NCBI GenBank assembly: GCA_046331705.1
Contig: JAXLQJ010000002.1
Location: forward strand, 78,370 to 142,369
Direction of reading: 5' to 3'
DNA: 64,000 bases
DNA from: a bacterium
GTDB lineage: Bacteria > JADJOY01
Below, piece by piece: positions 8,563 through 19,467 of this stretch (positions within the stretch are counted from its first letter, which is position 1; each line of letters begins with the position of its first letter). Both the position numbers and the translations under genes were made by a program. The notes below the pieces were generated by a model. That model made no database searches and had not been told where the DNA came from. It was given only the letters and a program-made list of their open reading frames with translations.

Positions 8563-9744
8563 GTGGACTTCGAGCTCAGCCCGGAACAGCACGCGCTGCG
8601 GCGAGAGCTTCGGCGTTATTACCGCGAGCTCTTCACGCCCGAGCTGCGGGCGGCCCTCGACGCCGAATGGCACGAGGTGGGCGGTCCGGTGTTCCGCGAG
8701 GTGGTCGGACGCATGGGGGCGGACGGCTGGCTCGGCATCGGCTGGCCGCGCGAATACGGCGGCCAGGGCCGGACCGCGATCGAGCAGCTCATCTTCTGGG
8801 ACGAGACCTACCGGGCGCGCGCGCCGCTTCCCGTCATCTCGGTGAACACCGTCGGTCCCACGCTGATGCGCTACGGCACCGAGGACCAGAAGGCACGGCT
8901 GCTCCCGGGAATCCTGCGAGGCCAGCTCTTCTTCGCGATCGGCTACACCGAGCCCGGCGCGGGGACCGATCTCGCCTCACTCAAGACGCAAGCCCGCCGC
9001 GACGGTGACGAGTACGTCATCCAGGGACAGAAGGTCTTCACCACCCACGCGCACGACGCCGACTACGTGTGGCTGGCCGCCCGCACCGATCCCGAGGCGC
9101 CGAAGCACAAGGGCATCAGCATCATCCTGGTGCCCACCAGCACGCCCGGCTTCTCGGTGACTCCGACCTACACGCTCGGCGGCGAACGCACCAACACCAC
9201 GTACTTCGACGAGGTGCGCGTGCCGATCGCGAACCGGGTCGGCCCCGAGCACGGCGGCTGGCAGCTCATCACCGCGCAGCTCAATCACGAGCGCATCACG
9301 CTCGCAGCACCCGGCCTCGCCGATCGGTTGCTCGAAGAGGTCTGGCAATGGGCTCGGCGCACGCGCGGCCCCGACGGCGCGCCGATCGCCTCGGCGCCGT
9401 GGGTGGAGCTGTCGCTGGCGCGCGTCTACGCGAAGCTCGAGGCGCTCAAGCTCCTCAACTGGCGCTCCGCGTGGTCGATGTCGGAGGGCGTGCCGCGGAT
9501 GGCCGAGGCCTCCGCGCTCAAGGTGATGGGCACCGAGTTCTTCGGCGAGTGCTACCGGCTGCTGCTCGAGATCACCGGCGCCGCCGGCCTGGTTCCCCAA
9601 GGGGAGACCGGAGCGCTCTTCGGTGGCTTGCTGGAGCAGGCGTACCGGGGCGCCACCACGCTCACCTTCGGCGGTGGCGTGAACGAGGTGCAGCGCGATC
9701 TCATCGCGTGGTCGGGACTCGACCTGCCGAGGTCGCGAGGCTGA
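8563..9744 (+). CDS. acyl-CoA dehydrogenase
   Basis: VDFELSPEQHALRREL N-terminus typical of ACADs; C-terminal GGGVNEVQRDLIA; start moved from 8467 to in-frame GTG at 8563, because the 8467 start overlaps the operator palindrome. Confidence 0.8.
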   Translation: MDFELSPEQHALRRELRRYYRELFTPELRAALDAEWHEVGGPVFREVVGRMGADGWLGIGWPREYGGQGRTAIEQLIFWDETYRARAPLPVISVNTVGPTLMRYGTEDQKARLLPGILRGQLFFAIGYTEPGAGTDLASLKTQARRDGDEYVIQGQKVFTTHAHDADYVWLAARTDPEAPKHKGISIILVPTSTPGFSVTPTYTLGGERTNTTYFDEVRVPIANRVGPEHGGWQLITAQLNHERITLAAPGLADRLLEEVWQWARRTRGPDGAPIASAPWVELSLARVYAKLEALKLLNWRSAWSMSEGVPRMAEASALKVMGTEFFGECYRLLLEITGAAGLVPQGETGALFGGLLEQAYRGATTLTFGGGVNEVQRDLIAWSGLDLPRSRG

Positions 9745-9754
9745 CGAGGCAAAC

Positions 9755-10744
9755 ATGGCCGCCACCCCATCCGATCGCGAGCAGCTCGAGACGAGACTCA
9801 AGGGGTTCGCGGGCATCGCCGCGGGGCCGCCGGAGATCGCCCGCGACGTGGTGGAAGCCGCGACGATCCGCCAATGGTGCGATGCCCTCGACGATCGCAA
9901 CCCGATCTACACCGACCCCGCGGCCGCCGCCGCGTCGGTCCACGGCCGTGTGGTCGCTCCGCCCACCATGCTGCAGGCGTGGGTGCTGCCGGGCATCGAG
10001 ATGGCCAGCGGGGTCGCGCGCCCCGGCGACAAGCAGCGCGAGCTGCACGCGCTCCTCGACCGCCACGGCTACACCGGCGTCGTGGCCACCAATTGCCAGC
10101 AGGGCTACGACCGCTATCTGCACCTGGGCGAGCGCGTGACCGGCACCACCGTCATCGAGTCGATCTCGGGCGAGAAGGCGACCGCGCTCGGTATCGGCTA
10201 CTTCATCGACACGCGCACCACCTTCCGCGACGACGACGGCGAGCGCGTGGGATGGATGACGTTCCGCGTGCTCAAGTTCAAGCCCGCAGCGCCCCCTGCC
10301 GCGAGCGAGCGCGACGCCGCGGGCGCGCCCGTCAAGCCCCGGCGGCTGCGGCCCGCGCTGGGTCACGACAACGCGTGGTGGTGGGAAGGGATCCGCCGCG
10401 GCGAGCTGCTCATCCAGCGCTGCAAGAGCTGCGGCCACCTGCGCCATCCGCCGCGACCGATGTGCGGCGAGTGCCGTTCGCTCGAATGGGACGCGCTCTC
10501 CTCGAAGGGCCACGGCAGCGTCTACAGCTTCGTGGTGATGCACCACCCGCAGGTGCCCGGCTACGAGTACCCGCTCATCGTGGCCCTCGTCGAGCTCGAC
10601 GAAGGCACCCGGCTGATCGCGAACCTCACGGGCATCGAGCCCCGCGCCGTGCGCATCGGGCTGCGGGTCGCGCTCGCCATCGAAGCCGTCGATCCCGAGC
10701 TCAGCTTGCCGTTCTTCCACCCCGACACCACCGCACCGGGCTGA
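9755..10744 (+). CDS. MaoC-like hydratase fused to C-terminal DUF35 OB-fold/Zn-ribbon domain (ChsH2-like architecture)
   Basis: N-terminal hot-dog-like region; C-terminal CKSCGH...CGECRS zinc ribbon followed by an OB-fold-like segment; the same two-domain layout as mycobacterial ChsH2. Confidence 0.8.
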   Translation: MAATPSDREQLETRLKGFAGIAAGPPEIARDVVEAATIRQWCDALDDRNPIYTDPAAAAASVHGRVVAPPTMLQAWVLPGIEMASGVARPGDKQRELHALLDRHGYTGVVATNCQQGYDRYLHLGERVTGTTVIESISGEKATALGIGYFIDTRTTFRDDDGERVGWMTFRVLKFKPAAPPAASERDAAGAPVKPRRLRPALGHDNAWWWEGIRRGELLIQRCKSCGHLRHPPRPMCGECRSLEWDALSSKGHGSVYSFVVMHHPQVPGYEYPLIVALVELDEGTRLIANLTGIEPRAVRIGLRVALAIEAVDPELSLPFFHPDTTAPG

Positions 10745-10746
10745 CC

Positions 10747-11883
10747 ATGGATTTCGCGCTCGACGAGGATCAGCAGTCGCTCCAGGCGCTGGCCCGCCAG
10801 ATCTTGGAACGGGAGGTCACGCCAGCGCGGATTCGCGCGGCGCTGGCGAGCGCGGACGGCATGGATCACGCGCTCTGGTCGACGCTCGCCGACGCGGGCC
10901 TCCTGGGGATCGGCGTTCCCGAGACGCACGGCGGCCTCGGCGGCGGTCTCGAGGCGCTGAGCTTGCTGCTGGTCGAGGTGGGGCGCGCCGTGGCGCCCGT
11001 GCCGGCGCTCGCGTCGCTCGCGCTGGCGGGCCTCGCGATCGCGCGTTTTGGAACCGAGCGGCAACGCGCCGAGCTGCTCGCGCCGCTCGCCGCGGGCCGG
11101 ACCGTTCTCACCGCGGCGCTCGTCGACGGCGAATCGTCCGATCCCCTCCGCCCCGCATGCAGCGCGCGACGCGACGGCGCGAGCTGGGTGATCGACGGCT
11201 CGAAGCGCCAGGTGCCCGCGATCGCCGCCGCCAGCGCGATCGTCGTGCCCGCGCGCACCGAAGGCGGCGTCGGTCTCTTCGTGGTGCCGCCGAGCGCCGC
11301 CGGCGTCGAGCCGAGCCGCCGGCGCTGCTCGAGCGGCGAGCCGATCGCCGATCTGGCCCTCACGGGCGTGCGCGTGGACGCCGACGCGCTGCTCGGCACG
11401 GCGGCGCCCGTCGGCGACGACGCGAGCCGCTGGCTCCACGAGCACGCGCTCGCCGCGACTTGCGCCGTGCACCTGGGTGTCTGCGAGCGCGCGCTCGAGC
11501 TGACCCGCGACTACGTTCGCGAGCGGCGTCAGTTCGGCGTGCCGATCGGCTCGTTCCAGGCGGTGAGCCATCGCGCCGCCGATGGCTTCATCGACGTCGA
11601 GTGCATCCGCTGGACCACCTGGCAGGCGGTGACGCGGGTGGCGCGCGGCCTCGACGCGACCCGCGCGCTCGCCGTCGCGAAGTTCTGGGCCGCCGAGGGC
11701 GGAGCGCGCGTCACCAGCTCCGCGCAGCACCTCCACGGCGGCATCGGCGCCGACCTCGACTACCCGATCCACCGCTATTTCCTGTGGTCGAAGGCGCTCG
11801 AGCTGAGCCTCGGCGGTGCCACCGAGCAGCTCGCGAGGCTCGGTCGCGATCTGGTGACCCGCGGCCCGGAGGTGCTCGCATGA
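10747..11883 (+). CDS. acyl-CoA dehydrogenase (second subunit-like)
   Basis: MDFALDEDQQSLQALARQILEREV start 3 nt after the upstream stop. The track ORF 9874..11883 is an artefactual 5' extension in this frame. Confidence 0.8.
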   Translation: MDFALDEDQQSLQALARQILEREVTPARIRAALASADGMDHALWSTLADAGLLGIGVPETHGGLGGGLEALSLLLVEVGRAVAPVPALASLALAGLAIARFGTERQRAELLAPLAAGRTVLTAALVDGESSDPLRPACSARRDGASWVIDGSKRQVPAIAAASAIVVPARTEGGVGLFVVPPSAAGVEPSRRRCSSGEPIADLALTGVRVDADALLGTAAPVGDDASRWLHEHALAATCAVHLGVCERALELTRDYVRERRQFGVPIGSFQAVSHRAADGFIDVECIRWTTWQAVTRVARGLDATRALAVAKFWAAEGGARVTSSAQHLHGGIGADLDYPIHRYFLWSKALELSLGGATEQLARLGRDLVTRGPEVLA

Positions 11884-12308
11884 ACGACTGCGCGCTTCGC
11901 CTTCGCGACGTGAACGTGGGCGACGTGCTGCCCGAGCTGGCGATCGACGTCACCACCACCCTGATCGTCGCAGGCGCCCTCGCCTCGCACGACTTCACGC
12001 CCGTTCACCACGACAAGGCCGCTGCCCGAGCGCAGGGCTTGAACGACGTGTTCATGAACATCCTCACGACCAACGGCCTGGTGGGGCGCTACGTCACCGA
12101 TTGGGCCGGGCCGAACGCGCGGCTCACCGGCGTCGCGATCAAGCTCGGAGCGCCCAACCTGCCCGGCGACACGATGCGCATGTCGGGCGTCGTCAAGAGC
12201 AAGGACGACGCGCGCGGCTCCGTCGAGGTCGAGGTCACCGGCAAGAACTCGTGGGGAAACCACGTGACCGCGACGGTCGCGTTGCTGCTGCCCGAGGACG
12301 CCGCGTGA
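11880..12308 (+). CDS. MaoC family dehydratase, small hot-dog subunit (ChsH1-like)
   Basis: ATGA start/stop overlap with the upstream gene; GGAGG RBS; 142 aa MNDCALRLRDVNVGDV...; tail of track ORF 11157..12308. Confidence 0.75.
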   Translation: MNDCALRLRDVNVGDVLPELAIDVTTTLIVAGALASHDFTPVHHDKAAARAQGLNDVFMNILTTNGLVGRYVTDWAGPNARLTGVAIKLGAPNLPGDTMRMSGVVKSKDDARGSVEVEVTGKNSWGNHVTATVALLLPEDAA

Positions 12309-12357
12309 CGGCGCAGCTCCCGTCCGGACGCGCACCGAGCAGCGAGCGGAGCCACGC

Positions 12358-13530
12358 ATGCCCACGACGTTGAGGGATCAGGCCGCGATCGTCGGCATCG
12401 GCGAGACCGACTACTCGAAGAACTCGGGGCGCTCCGAGGTTCAGCTCGCCAGCGAAGCGGTCGCCGCCGCCCTCGACGACGCCGGGCTGCGCCCCTCCGA
12501 CGTCGACGGCATGACCACGTTCACCCTCGACTCGAGCGACGAGATCGAGGTGGCGCGTGCCGTGGGCATCCGCGACCTCACGTTCTTCAGCCGCGTGCCC
12601 CACGGCGGCGGCGCCGCGGTCGGCGTGGTCCATCAAGCGGCGATGGCGGTCGCCACCGGCGCGGCGCGCACGGTGGTGTGCTACCGCGCGCTCAACGGCC
12701 GCTCGGGTCAGCGCTACAGCTCCGGCGTCGCCGACGGGCCGACCACCTCCGATCTCATCCATTGGAGCTGGTACATGCCCTTCGGCCTCATGACGCCCGC
12801 GAGCTGGGTGGCGATGTTCGCCCAGCGCTACATGCACGAGTACGGCGTCACCAGCCTCGACTTCGGGCGGGTCGCGGTGTCGACGCGCAAGCACGCGGTG
12901 CGCAATCCGCGAGCGTTCTTCCACGGCAAGCCGCTCTCGATCGCCGAGCACCAGGCGTCGCGGCTGATCGTCGAGCCGTTGCGTCTCTACGATTGCTGCC
13001 AGGAGACCGACGGCGGCTGCGCCTGCATCGTGACCACGCCCGACCGCGCGCGCGATTGCCGCCAGCCCGCCGCGACGATTCGCGGCGTCGCGCAAGGCTC
13101 GTGCGCCGATCAGGAAGTGATGACCAGCTTCTATCGGCCGAGCATCTCCGGGCTGCCCGAGATGGACCTGGTGGCGCGCCAGGTCTACGACGTCTCGGGC
13201 TTGCGCCCAGACGACGTGGACGCGGCGGTGATCTACGACGCCTTCTCGCCCATCGTGCTGTGGCAGCTCGAGAGCTTCGGCTTCTGCAAGGTCGGCGAAG
13301 CGCGCGATTTCGTGAACGGCGGCAATCTCGAGATCGGCGGGCGCCTGCCGAGCAACACCCACGGCGGGCAGCTCAGCGAGGCCTACGTCCACGGCATGAA
13401 CGGCGTGAACGAGGGCGTGCGGCTGATCCGCGGCACCTCGTGCAATCAACCGCGGCGCAACGATCACGTGCTGGTCACCGCCGGCGTGGGCGTTCCGACC
13501 AGCGCCATGATCCTCGGCAAGACCGCGTGA
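12358..13530 (+). CDS. thiolase-like lipid-transfer protein (SCP-x type, Ltp2-like)
   Basis: IVGIGETDYSKNSGRSE thiolase-like N-terminus; CCQETDGGCACIV; GGAG RBS. Confidence 0.8.
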   Translation: MPTTLRDQAAIVGIGETDYSKNSGRSEVQLASEAVAAALDDAGLRPSDVDGMTTFTLDSSDEIEVARAVGIRDLTFFSRVPHGGGAAVGVVHQAAMAVATGAARTVVCYRALNGRSGQRYSSGVADGPTTSDLIHWSWYMPFGLMTPASWVAMFAQRYMHEYGVTSLDFGRVAVSTRKHAVRNPRAFFHGKPLSIAEHQASRLIVEPLRLYDCCQETDGGCACIVTTPDRARDCRQPAATIRGVAQGSCADQEVMTSFYRPSISGLPEMDLVARQVYDVSGLRPDDVDAAVIYDAFSPIVLWQLESFGFCKVGEARDFVNGGNLEIGGRLPSNTHGGQLSEAYVHGMNGVNEGVRLIRGTSCNQPRRNDHVLVTAGVGVPTSAMILGKTA

Positions 13531-14799
<1,269 letters not shown>

Positions 14800-14874
14800 G
14801 CTTCCGCGCCGACCAGCGGACCGCGTCGAACCACGCGAGGACCTCGACAACCCGAGCATGCGGAGGAGCTGGCG

Positions 14875-15810
14875 ATGACGACGAACGCGAGGCCGCTCGA
14901 AGGGAAGGTCGCGATCGTGACGGGCGCGGGACGTGGGCTGGGACGCGCCGAAGCGCTGGCGCTCGCCGCGCACGGCGCGCGCGTGGTGATCAACGACCTC
15001 GGCGTGGCGGGGGACGGCTCGGGCGCGGACGAGGGCCCCGCACGCGAGGTGGTGGCCGAGATCGAGCGCGCCGGTGGCGAGGCGATCGCCCATTTCGGCG
15101 ACGTCGCGCGCTGGGACGACGCGGCGGCGCTGGTGGCGCGGGCGGTCGACGTGTTCGGCGATCTGCACGTCCTCGTGAACAACGCCGGCTTCAGCCGCGA
15201 TCGCATGATCTTCAACATGTCGGAGCAGGATTGGGACTCGGTGATCCGCGTCCATCTCAAGGGCCATTTCTGCACCTCGCGATTCGCCACCGCGCATTGG
15301 AGGGAGCAGGCGAAGGTCGCGGGTGGCCCGGTCTACGGGCGCATCGTCAACACCGCGTCCGAGGCGTTCCTGTTCGGACCGGCCGGGCTGGCCAACTACG
15401 CCGCCGCGAAGTCGGGAATCGTCGGCCTCACCGTCGCCACCGCGCACGCGTGCGAGAAATACGGCGTGACGGCCAACGTGGTGTGCCCGCGGGCACGCAC
15501 CCGCATGAACAGCGAAGGGAGCCTCGGCGCGCTGTTCGCCAAGCCCGAGCAGGGATTCGACACCTACGACCCCGCCAACGTGGCGCCGCTGGTGGCGTAC
15601 CTCGCGTCGCCTGCCGCCGGGCGCATCAACGCCCACGTGTTCCTGGCGTGGGGAACGCAGGTCTGCTTGATCGGCGCGCCGCGCGTCCTCGAGACCTTCA
15701 CGAGCGACGCGCGCTGGACGGTCGACCGGCTCGACGAGCGCGTCGGCCGCTACCTGGAGACCCGCGATCCCGCCTCCACGGCGTTCGCCGCCGAGCTTCC
15801 CGGGATCTGA
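14875..15810 (+). CDS. SDR family oxidoreductase, MFE-2/Hsd4A-like hydroxyacyl-CoA dehydrogenase
   Basis: [13 protein letters not shown] cofactor motif, [14 protein letters not shown] segment, YAAAK catalytic motif; GGAGGAG RBS. Confidence 0.8.
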   Translation: MTTNARPLEGKVAIVTGAGRGLGRAEALALAAHGARVVINDLGVAGDGSGADEGPAREVVAEIERAGGEAIAHFGDVARWDDAAALVARAVDVFGDLHVLVNNAGFSRDRMIFNMSEQDWDSVIRVHLKGHFCTSRFATAHWREQAKVAGGPVYGRIVNTASEAFLFGPAGLANYAAAKSGIVGLTVATAHACEKYGVTANVVCPRARTRMNSEGSLGALFAKPEQGFDTYDPANVAPLVAYLASPAAGRINAHVFLAWGTQVCLIGAPRVLETFTSDARWTVDRLDERVGRYLETRDPASTAFAAELPGI

Positions 15811-15832
15811 GCCGCGCGCGCGAGCCGTGCCG

Positions 15833-16615
15833 TCAGGACGCCTCGGCCTTCTCGATCAGCTTCCAGAGCAGCTTGGGCGCGAAGCGCCGGAGCCCGAGCA
15901 AGAACTTCGCCTCGCCGGTGGGGAAGACGATCTCGTCGCCGCGCTCGAGCGCTTCCTCGACCAGCTCCACGATGCGCTCCGGCTTCGCCAGCCGGCCCTG
16001 CTCGATGCCGATCTGGATCGAACGCGGATTGGATCCCTCGATCGCCTGCTCGAGCAGCGGCGTGTCCACCATCGGCGGACAGACGAGCAGGATGCGCACG
16101 CCGCTACCGCGATTCTCGTGGATCAACACCTCGGCGAAGATGTTCACCGCCGCCTTGCTGGCGTTGTAGGCGCCGAGGTGCGGAGTGGGCACCAGGCCCG
16201 CGAGCGAACCGTAGAAGATCCAGTCGCCCGCGCGGCGCGCGACCATCGCGGGCAAGGTGGCGGTGGCGAGATGGAGGGTGCCTTCGTAGTTGATGCGCAT
16301 GACGCGGCGGATGGTCTCGACCGGCATGGTCAGCAGCGGCGCCGTGGGCATGATCGCCGCCGCGTGAGTCACGCGGTCGACGGCGCCGAGCTCCGCGCCG
16401 ACGCGCTCCACGGTGGCGCGCACCTCGTCGAGATTCGCGAGGTCGCAGCGATAGGTGCGCACGCTGGCGCGCCCGGCGGCGGTGCGCGCGAGCCCCTCTT
16501 CGTTCACGTCGAGCGCCGCGACCGTGGCCCCCGCGTCGGCCAACCGCCACGCGGAGAGTTGCCCCATGCCACTGGCGGCGCCGGTGACCAAGGCGAGCTT
16601 CCCGTGAAAGGCCAT
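15833..16615 (-). CDS. SDR family oxidoreductase
   Basis: MAFHGKLALVTGAASGMG start (ORF 15833..16705 trimmed to ATG at 16615); YNASKAAV catalytic motif. Confidence 0.75.
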   Translation of the reverse strand: MAFHGKLALVTGAASGMGQLSAWRLADAGATVAALDVNEEGLARTAAGRASVRTYRCDLANLDEVRATVERVGAELGAVDRVTHAAAIMPTAPLLTMPVETIRRVMRINYEGTLHLATATLPAMVARRAGDWIFYGSLAGLVPTPHLGAYNASKAAVNIFAEVLIHENRGSGVRILLVCPPMVDTPLLEQAIEGSNPRSIQIGIEQGRLAKPERIVELVEEALERGDEIVFPTGEAKFLLGLRRFAPKLLWKLIEKAEAS

Positions 16616-16732
16616 CTGCGTTCCCCCCGCCCGCGGTCGCGCGCCTCGCGCGCGCGAGCGCCGAGCATACGTTTCACCCGCGCGACCACCCGTGACCTCG
16701 ATCACCCTGCTCGCACGTGCCCGACTGCGCCC

Positions 16733-16761
16733 TTGACCCTGGATCGGCGGGCCGGTAATAG
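16733..16761 (+). promoter_or_regulatory. sigma70-like promoter candidate TTGACC-N17-TAATAG
   Basis: Read in an AT-richer intergenic stretch about 45 bp upstream of the sterol desaturase-family gene; GGAGG RBS follows. Confidence 0.3.
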
Positions 16762-16806
16762 TGATTCTGAATTTAGGAATGCTGGTTTTTGAGCGGGAGG
16801 CTCTGC

Positions 16807-17484
16807 ATGTCGGTCGCCGTCGCCGTCGCGATCACGATTGGAATGGTGATGTCCGCCTTCACGATGGGGGCGGTGGTGTGGGGCTTCTACTCGCCGATCA
16901 GCGCCAACATCCGCATCCGGGAAGAGAAGGCGCGCAAGCTCAAGGGCTGGCCGGTGGCGCTGCGGATCGGGCTCAACGGGCTGTTCTCGTCGGGACTCGT
17001 GTACCTGCTCGCGCTGGCCTTGCAGCACCAGCTCTTCTACGCGGCGCGCCCGTCGCTGGCGCGGCTCGCGTTCGAGTCGGTCGCGGTGCTCGTCGTCTAC
17101 GACTTCCTCTACTACTTGCTGCACCGCTATCCGTTTCACGCGTGGCCGGGCTTGCGCGAGGTGCACGCGGTCCATCACCGCGCCAAGTACCCGATCGCGT
17201 TCGACAGCCTCTACCTGAATCCCATCGAGACCCTCGCCGGTCTCGCCTTGCTCACCTTCTGCACCTGGCTGGTCGGGCCGGTGAGCGTGCACGCGTTCGG
17301 GCTGATCTTCTTGGTGTACTCGCAGATGAACATCCTGGTTCACTGCGGGCTCGATCTGCCCGGCGCGCTCCGGCCGTTTGGCTTCATGGCGCGCAAGCAC
17401 GACGCGCATCACCGGCACATGAAGGCCGGCAACTTCGCGTCGCTGACTCCGATCTGGGATCGGCTCTTCCGCACCGCGGAGTGA
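16807..17484 (+). CDS. sterol desaturase / fatty acid hydroxylase superfamily membrane protein
   Basis: Histidine boxes HRYPFH, HAVHHR and HDAHHRH in a hydrophobic protein; start set at ATG 16807 behind GGAGG. Confidence 0.8.
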   Translation: MSVAVAVAITIGMVMSAFTMGAVVWGFYSPISANIRIREEKARKLKGWPVALRIGLNGLFSSGLVYLLALALQHQLFYAARPSLARLAFESVAVLVVYDFLYYLLHRYPFHAWPGLREVHAVHHRAKYPIAFDSLYLNPIETLAGLALLTFCTWLVGPVSVHAFGLIFLVYSQMNILVHCGLDLPGALRPFGFMARKHDAHHRHMKAGNFASLTPIWDRLFRTAE

Positions 17485-17543
17485 CGCCGAGCGGCGCCGG
17501 CGCTCGCTCCCGCTGCCTGCCGGACGGCGACCGCCGCTTCCCG

Positions 17544-19445
17544 TCAGGGGACCGTCCAGCGCGGCGGCAGCGGCGGCAAGCGGTGGGCGCGCGCCCACTC
17601 GCTCCACCACGTGTCGAAATCCTCGGGGAACACGTCGTCGCCGACTCCCTGGCGCGTCCAGAGCTCGAGCGCCAGCGCTCCGCCCACCGTGTCCGCGAGG
17701 GCGACCCCGAAATACTCCTCGATCGGCACGGGCTGCCCTTCGAACGGCGGCGGCGTTCCCGCCGAATAGCCCGAGAACGATCCGCGCTGGATGGCGAAGC
17801 GGATGCGCCGCGCATCGCCGAGCGCGGGACCGGCGGCGCACACGAACTGCGACGGCGTGACGAGCACGCCGGCGCCGAAATGATCCCACGCGACCCAGGC
17901 ATCGTTGCGATCGAGCCCCGCGATCCGCTCGATGATCGGCTTCACGATCGGGTGCGGCTCGTACCAACCGAGGACCCCGAGATTGGCGTCGAGGCTGCGG
18001 CCGAGCCGCGCGGCGGCCCAGCGATTCGCGGACACGATGGCCGTGTCGAGGTCGCCTTCCGCGGCGAACGGCTCGCCGCCGAGCTTACCGAGCGCCGTGA
18101 GCGCCGCCACCACGACCGGCCGCTCGACGGCGGGGTCCAGGCAATTCGCGAGACGCAGCAGCACGAGCACGTTCTCGTCCGAGCGGTCGCGGGACATCAG
18201 CGCGAGCCCGAGGTTGCGCAACGCGGGCATGCCGGTGAGCGGATCGACCACCGCCCTGCCGACACGTCCCCCGATCGACGGCACCAGGGCCACGCCAGCG
18301 ACCGCGGCGCAGAGCAGCAGCACCGGCGCGGCGCGCGCCAGCTTCCAGATCGCGAGCTGCTCGGGCGCGGGCGGCAAGCGCGCGAGCGAATGGACGTCGA
18401 GGGCGGGCTCGCGGCGGTCACCCGAACCGTCGCCGGCCGCGTCGTCGGGGTCGGGGTCGAGCGTGCCCGGGAACATCTCGTCCGCCCCGACCGCCGGGCT
18501 TTCCTCGAGCGCCACTGCGAGGAACGCCGCCAGATCGCGGGCGCGATCGCGCGCAACCTCGACCGTCCGTCCCGCGCCGAGCTGCTCGTCGCTCTCCCCG
18601 CCACGAAGCTCGACGAGCCACTCGCCGCGATCGGACGGCGACGCCAGCGCGCGCTTCGCCCAGCCCACGCGCAAGCCGGCGGGCAGCGCCTCGGTGCGTC
18701 GCGCGAATGCCAGGGGTCCGAGCGCCCGGAAGCGCGAGCGCGTGCGAGCCGCGCGATCGATCTCGATCACCTGCCACGACGCGAGCAACGCTCCCGCCGC
18801 CGCGAGCAGCCCGCCGAACACCACGCCGCCCCAGGCCACCGACTGCCCCTGGAGCCACAGGAACGCGAGCCCCACCGCCATCATCGGCACGCCGGCGGCC
18901 ACCTGCCGGCTCATCGTCACGATGCGAAAGGTCTGGGCGGCGCCGGCCACGGCACCGAACCGCTCGGCGCGCCGCACGAGGACGTTGAGCAGGATCGTGA
19001 AGATCGCCGGCAACACCAGGATCCAGGCGAGCGTGCGGACGGCGCGCCGCTCGAACGCGCCGACGTCGTCGACGTCGCCCCAGCGCACCCGCAAGCTGTC
19101 GTGGTTGATCCCGGTGGCGGGCAGCTCCGGGTTGAACCACACCGAGATCCGCGAGCCCACCGGGTGCGCGGCGATCGAGGCCGCGTCGCTCGCGAGCTCC
19201 TGCTCGGTGCCGTCGATGGTGCCGCGGAGCGTGCAGTGGACCGGCGAGGTGCCGGTGCGATGTCCCTGGGCGTCGTATTCGGGCTGACCACCCGTGCACG
19301 CGGAGCCCGTCACGACGAGCTCCGCGCGCCGGAATCCGGCGGCGTGACGAAGCACCAGCGAACGATTCCAGATCCCCGGGCCCACGATGAAGCCCAGCAG
19401 CACCACCAGCACGAGCACGGCGCGAACGAGCGTCCGGCCGTTCAC
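17544..19445 (-). CDS. hypothetical multi-pass membrane protein (633 aa)
   Basis: Several hydrophobic segments (VLVLVVLLGFIVGPGIW, WILVLPAIFTILLNVLV, VVFGGLLAAAGALLASW). Overlapping plus ORF 16761..19592 is Arg/Ala/Gly-rich shadow. Confidence 0.5.
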   Translation of the reverse strand: MNGRTLVRAVLVLVVLLGFIVGPGIWNRSLVLRHAAGFRRAELVVTGSACTGGQPEYDAQGHRTGTSPVHCTLRGTIDGTEQELASDAASIAAHPVGSRISVWFNPELPATGINHDSLRVRWGDVDDVGAFERRAVRTLAWILVLPAIFTILLNVLVRRAERFGAVAGAAQTFRIVTMSRQVAAGVPMMAVGLAFLWLQGQSVAWGGVVFGGLLAAAGALLASWQVIEIDRAARTRSRFRALGPLAFARRTEALPAGLRVGWAKRALASPSDRGEWLVELRGGESDEQLGAGRTVEVARDRARDLAAFLAVALEESPAVGADEMFPGTLDPDPDDAAGDGSGDRREPALDVHSLARLPPAPEQLAIWKLARAAPVLLLCAAVAGVALVPSIGGRVGRAVVDPLTGMPALRNLGLALMSRDRSDENVLVLLRLANCLDPAVERPVVVAALTALGKLGGEPFAAEGDLDTAIVSANRWAAARLGRSLDANLGVLGWYEPHPIVKPIIERIAGLDRNDAWVAWDHFGAGVLVTPSQFVCAAGPALGDARRIRFAIQRGSFSGYSAGTPPPFEGQPVPIEEYFGVALADTVGGALALELWTRQGVGDDVFPEDFDTWWSEWARAHRLPPLPPRWTVP

Positions 19446-19467
19446 GAGCGCCCCCGCACCGCGGGCC

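Noticed and set aside
9874-11883. 669-aa ORF suggesting a fused protein
   Set aside because: The upstream part overlaps the MaoC-DUF35 gene in another frame and is Arg/Pro-rich; the real gene starts at ATG 10747, right after the upstream stop.
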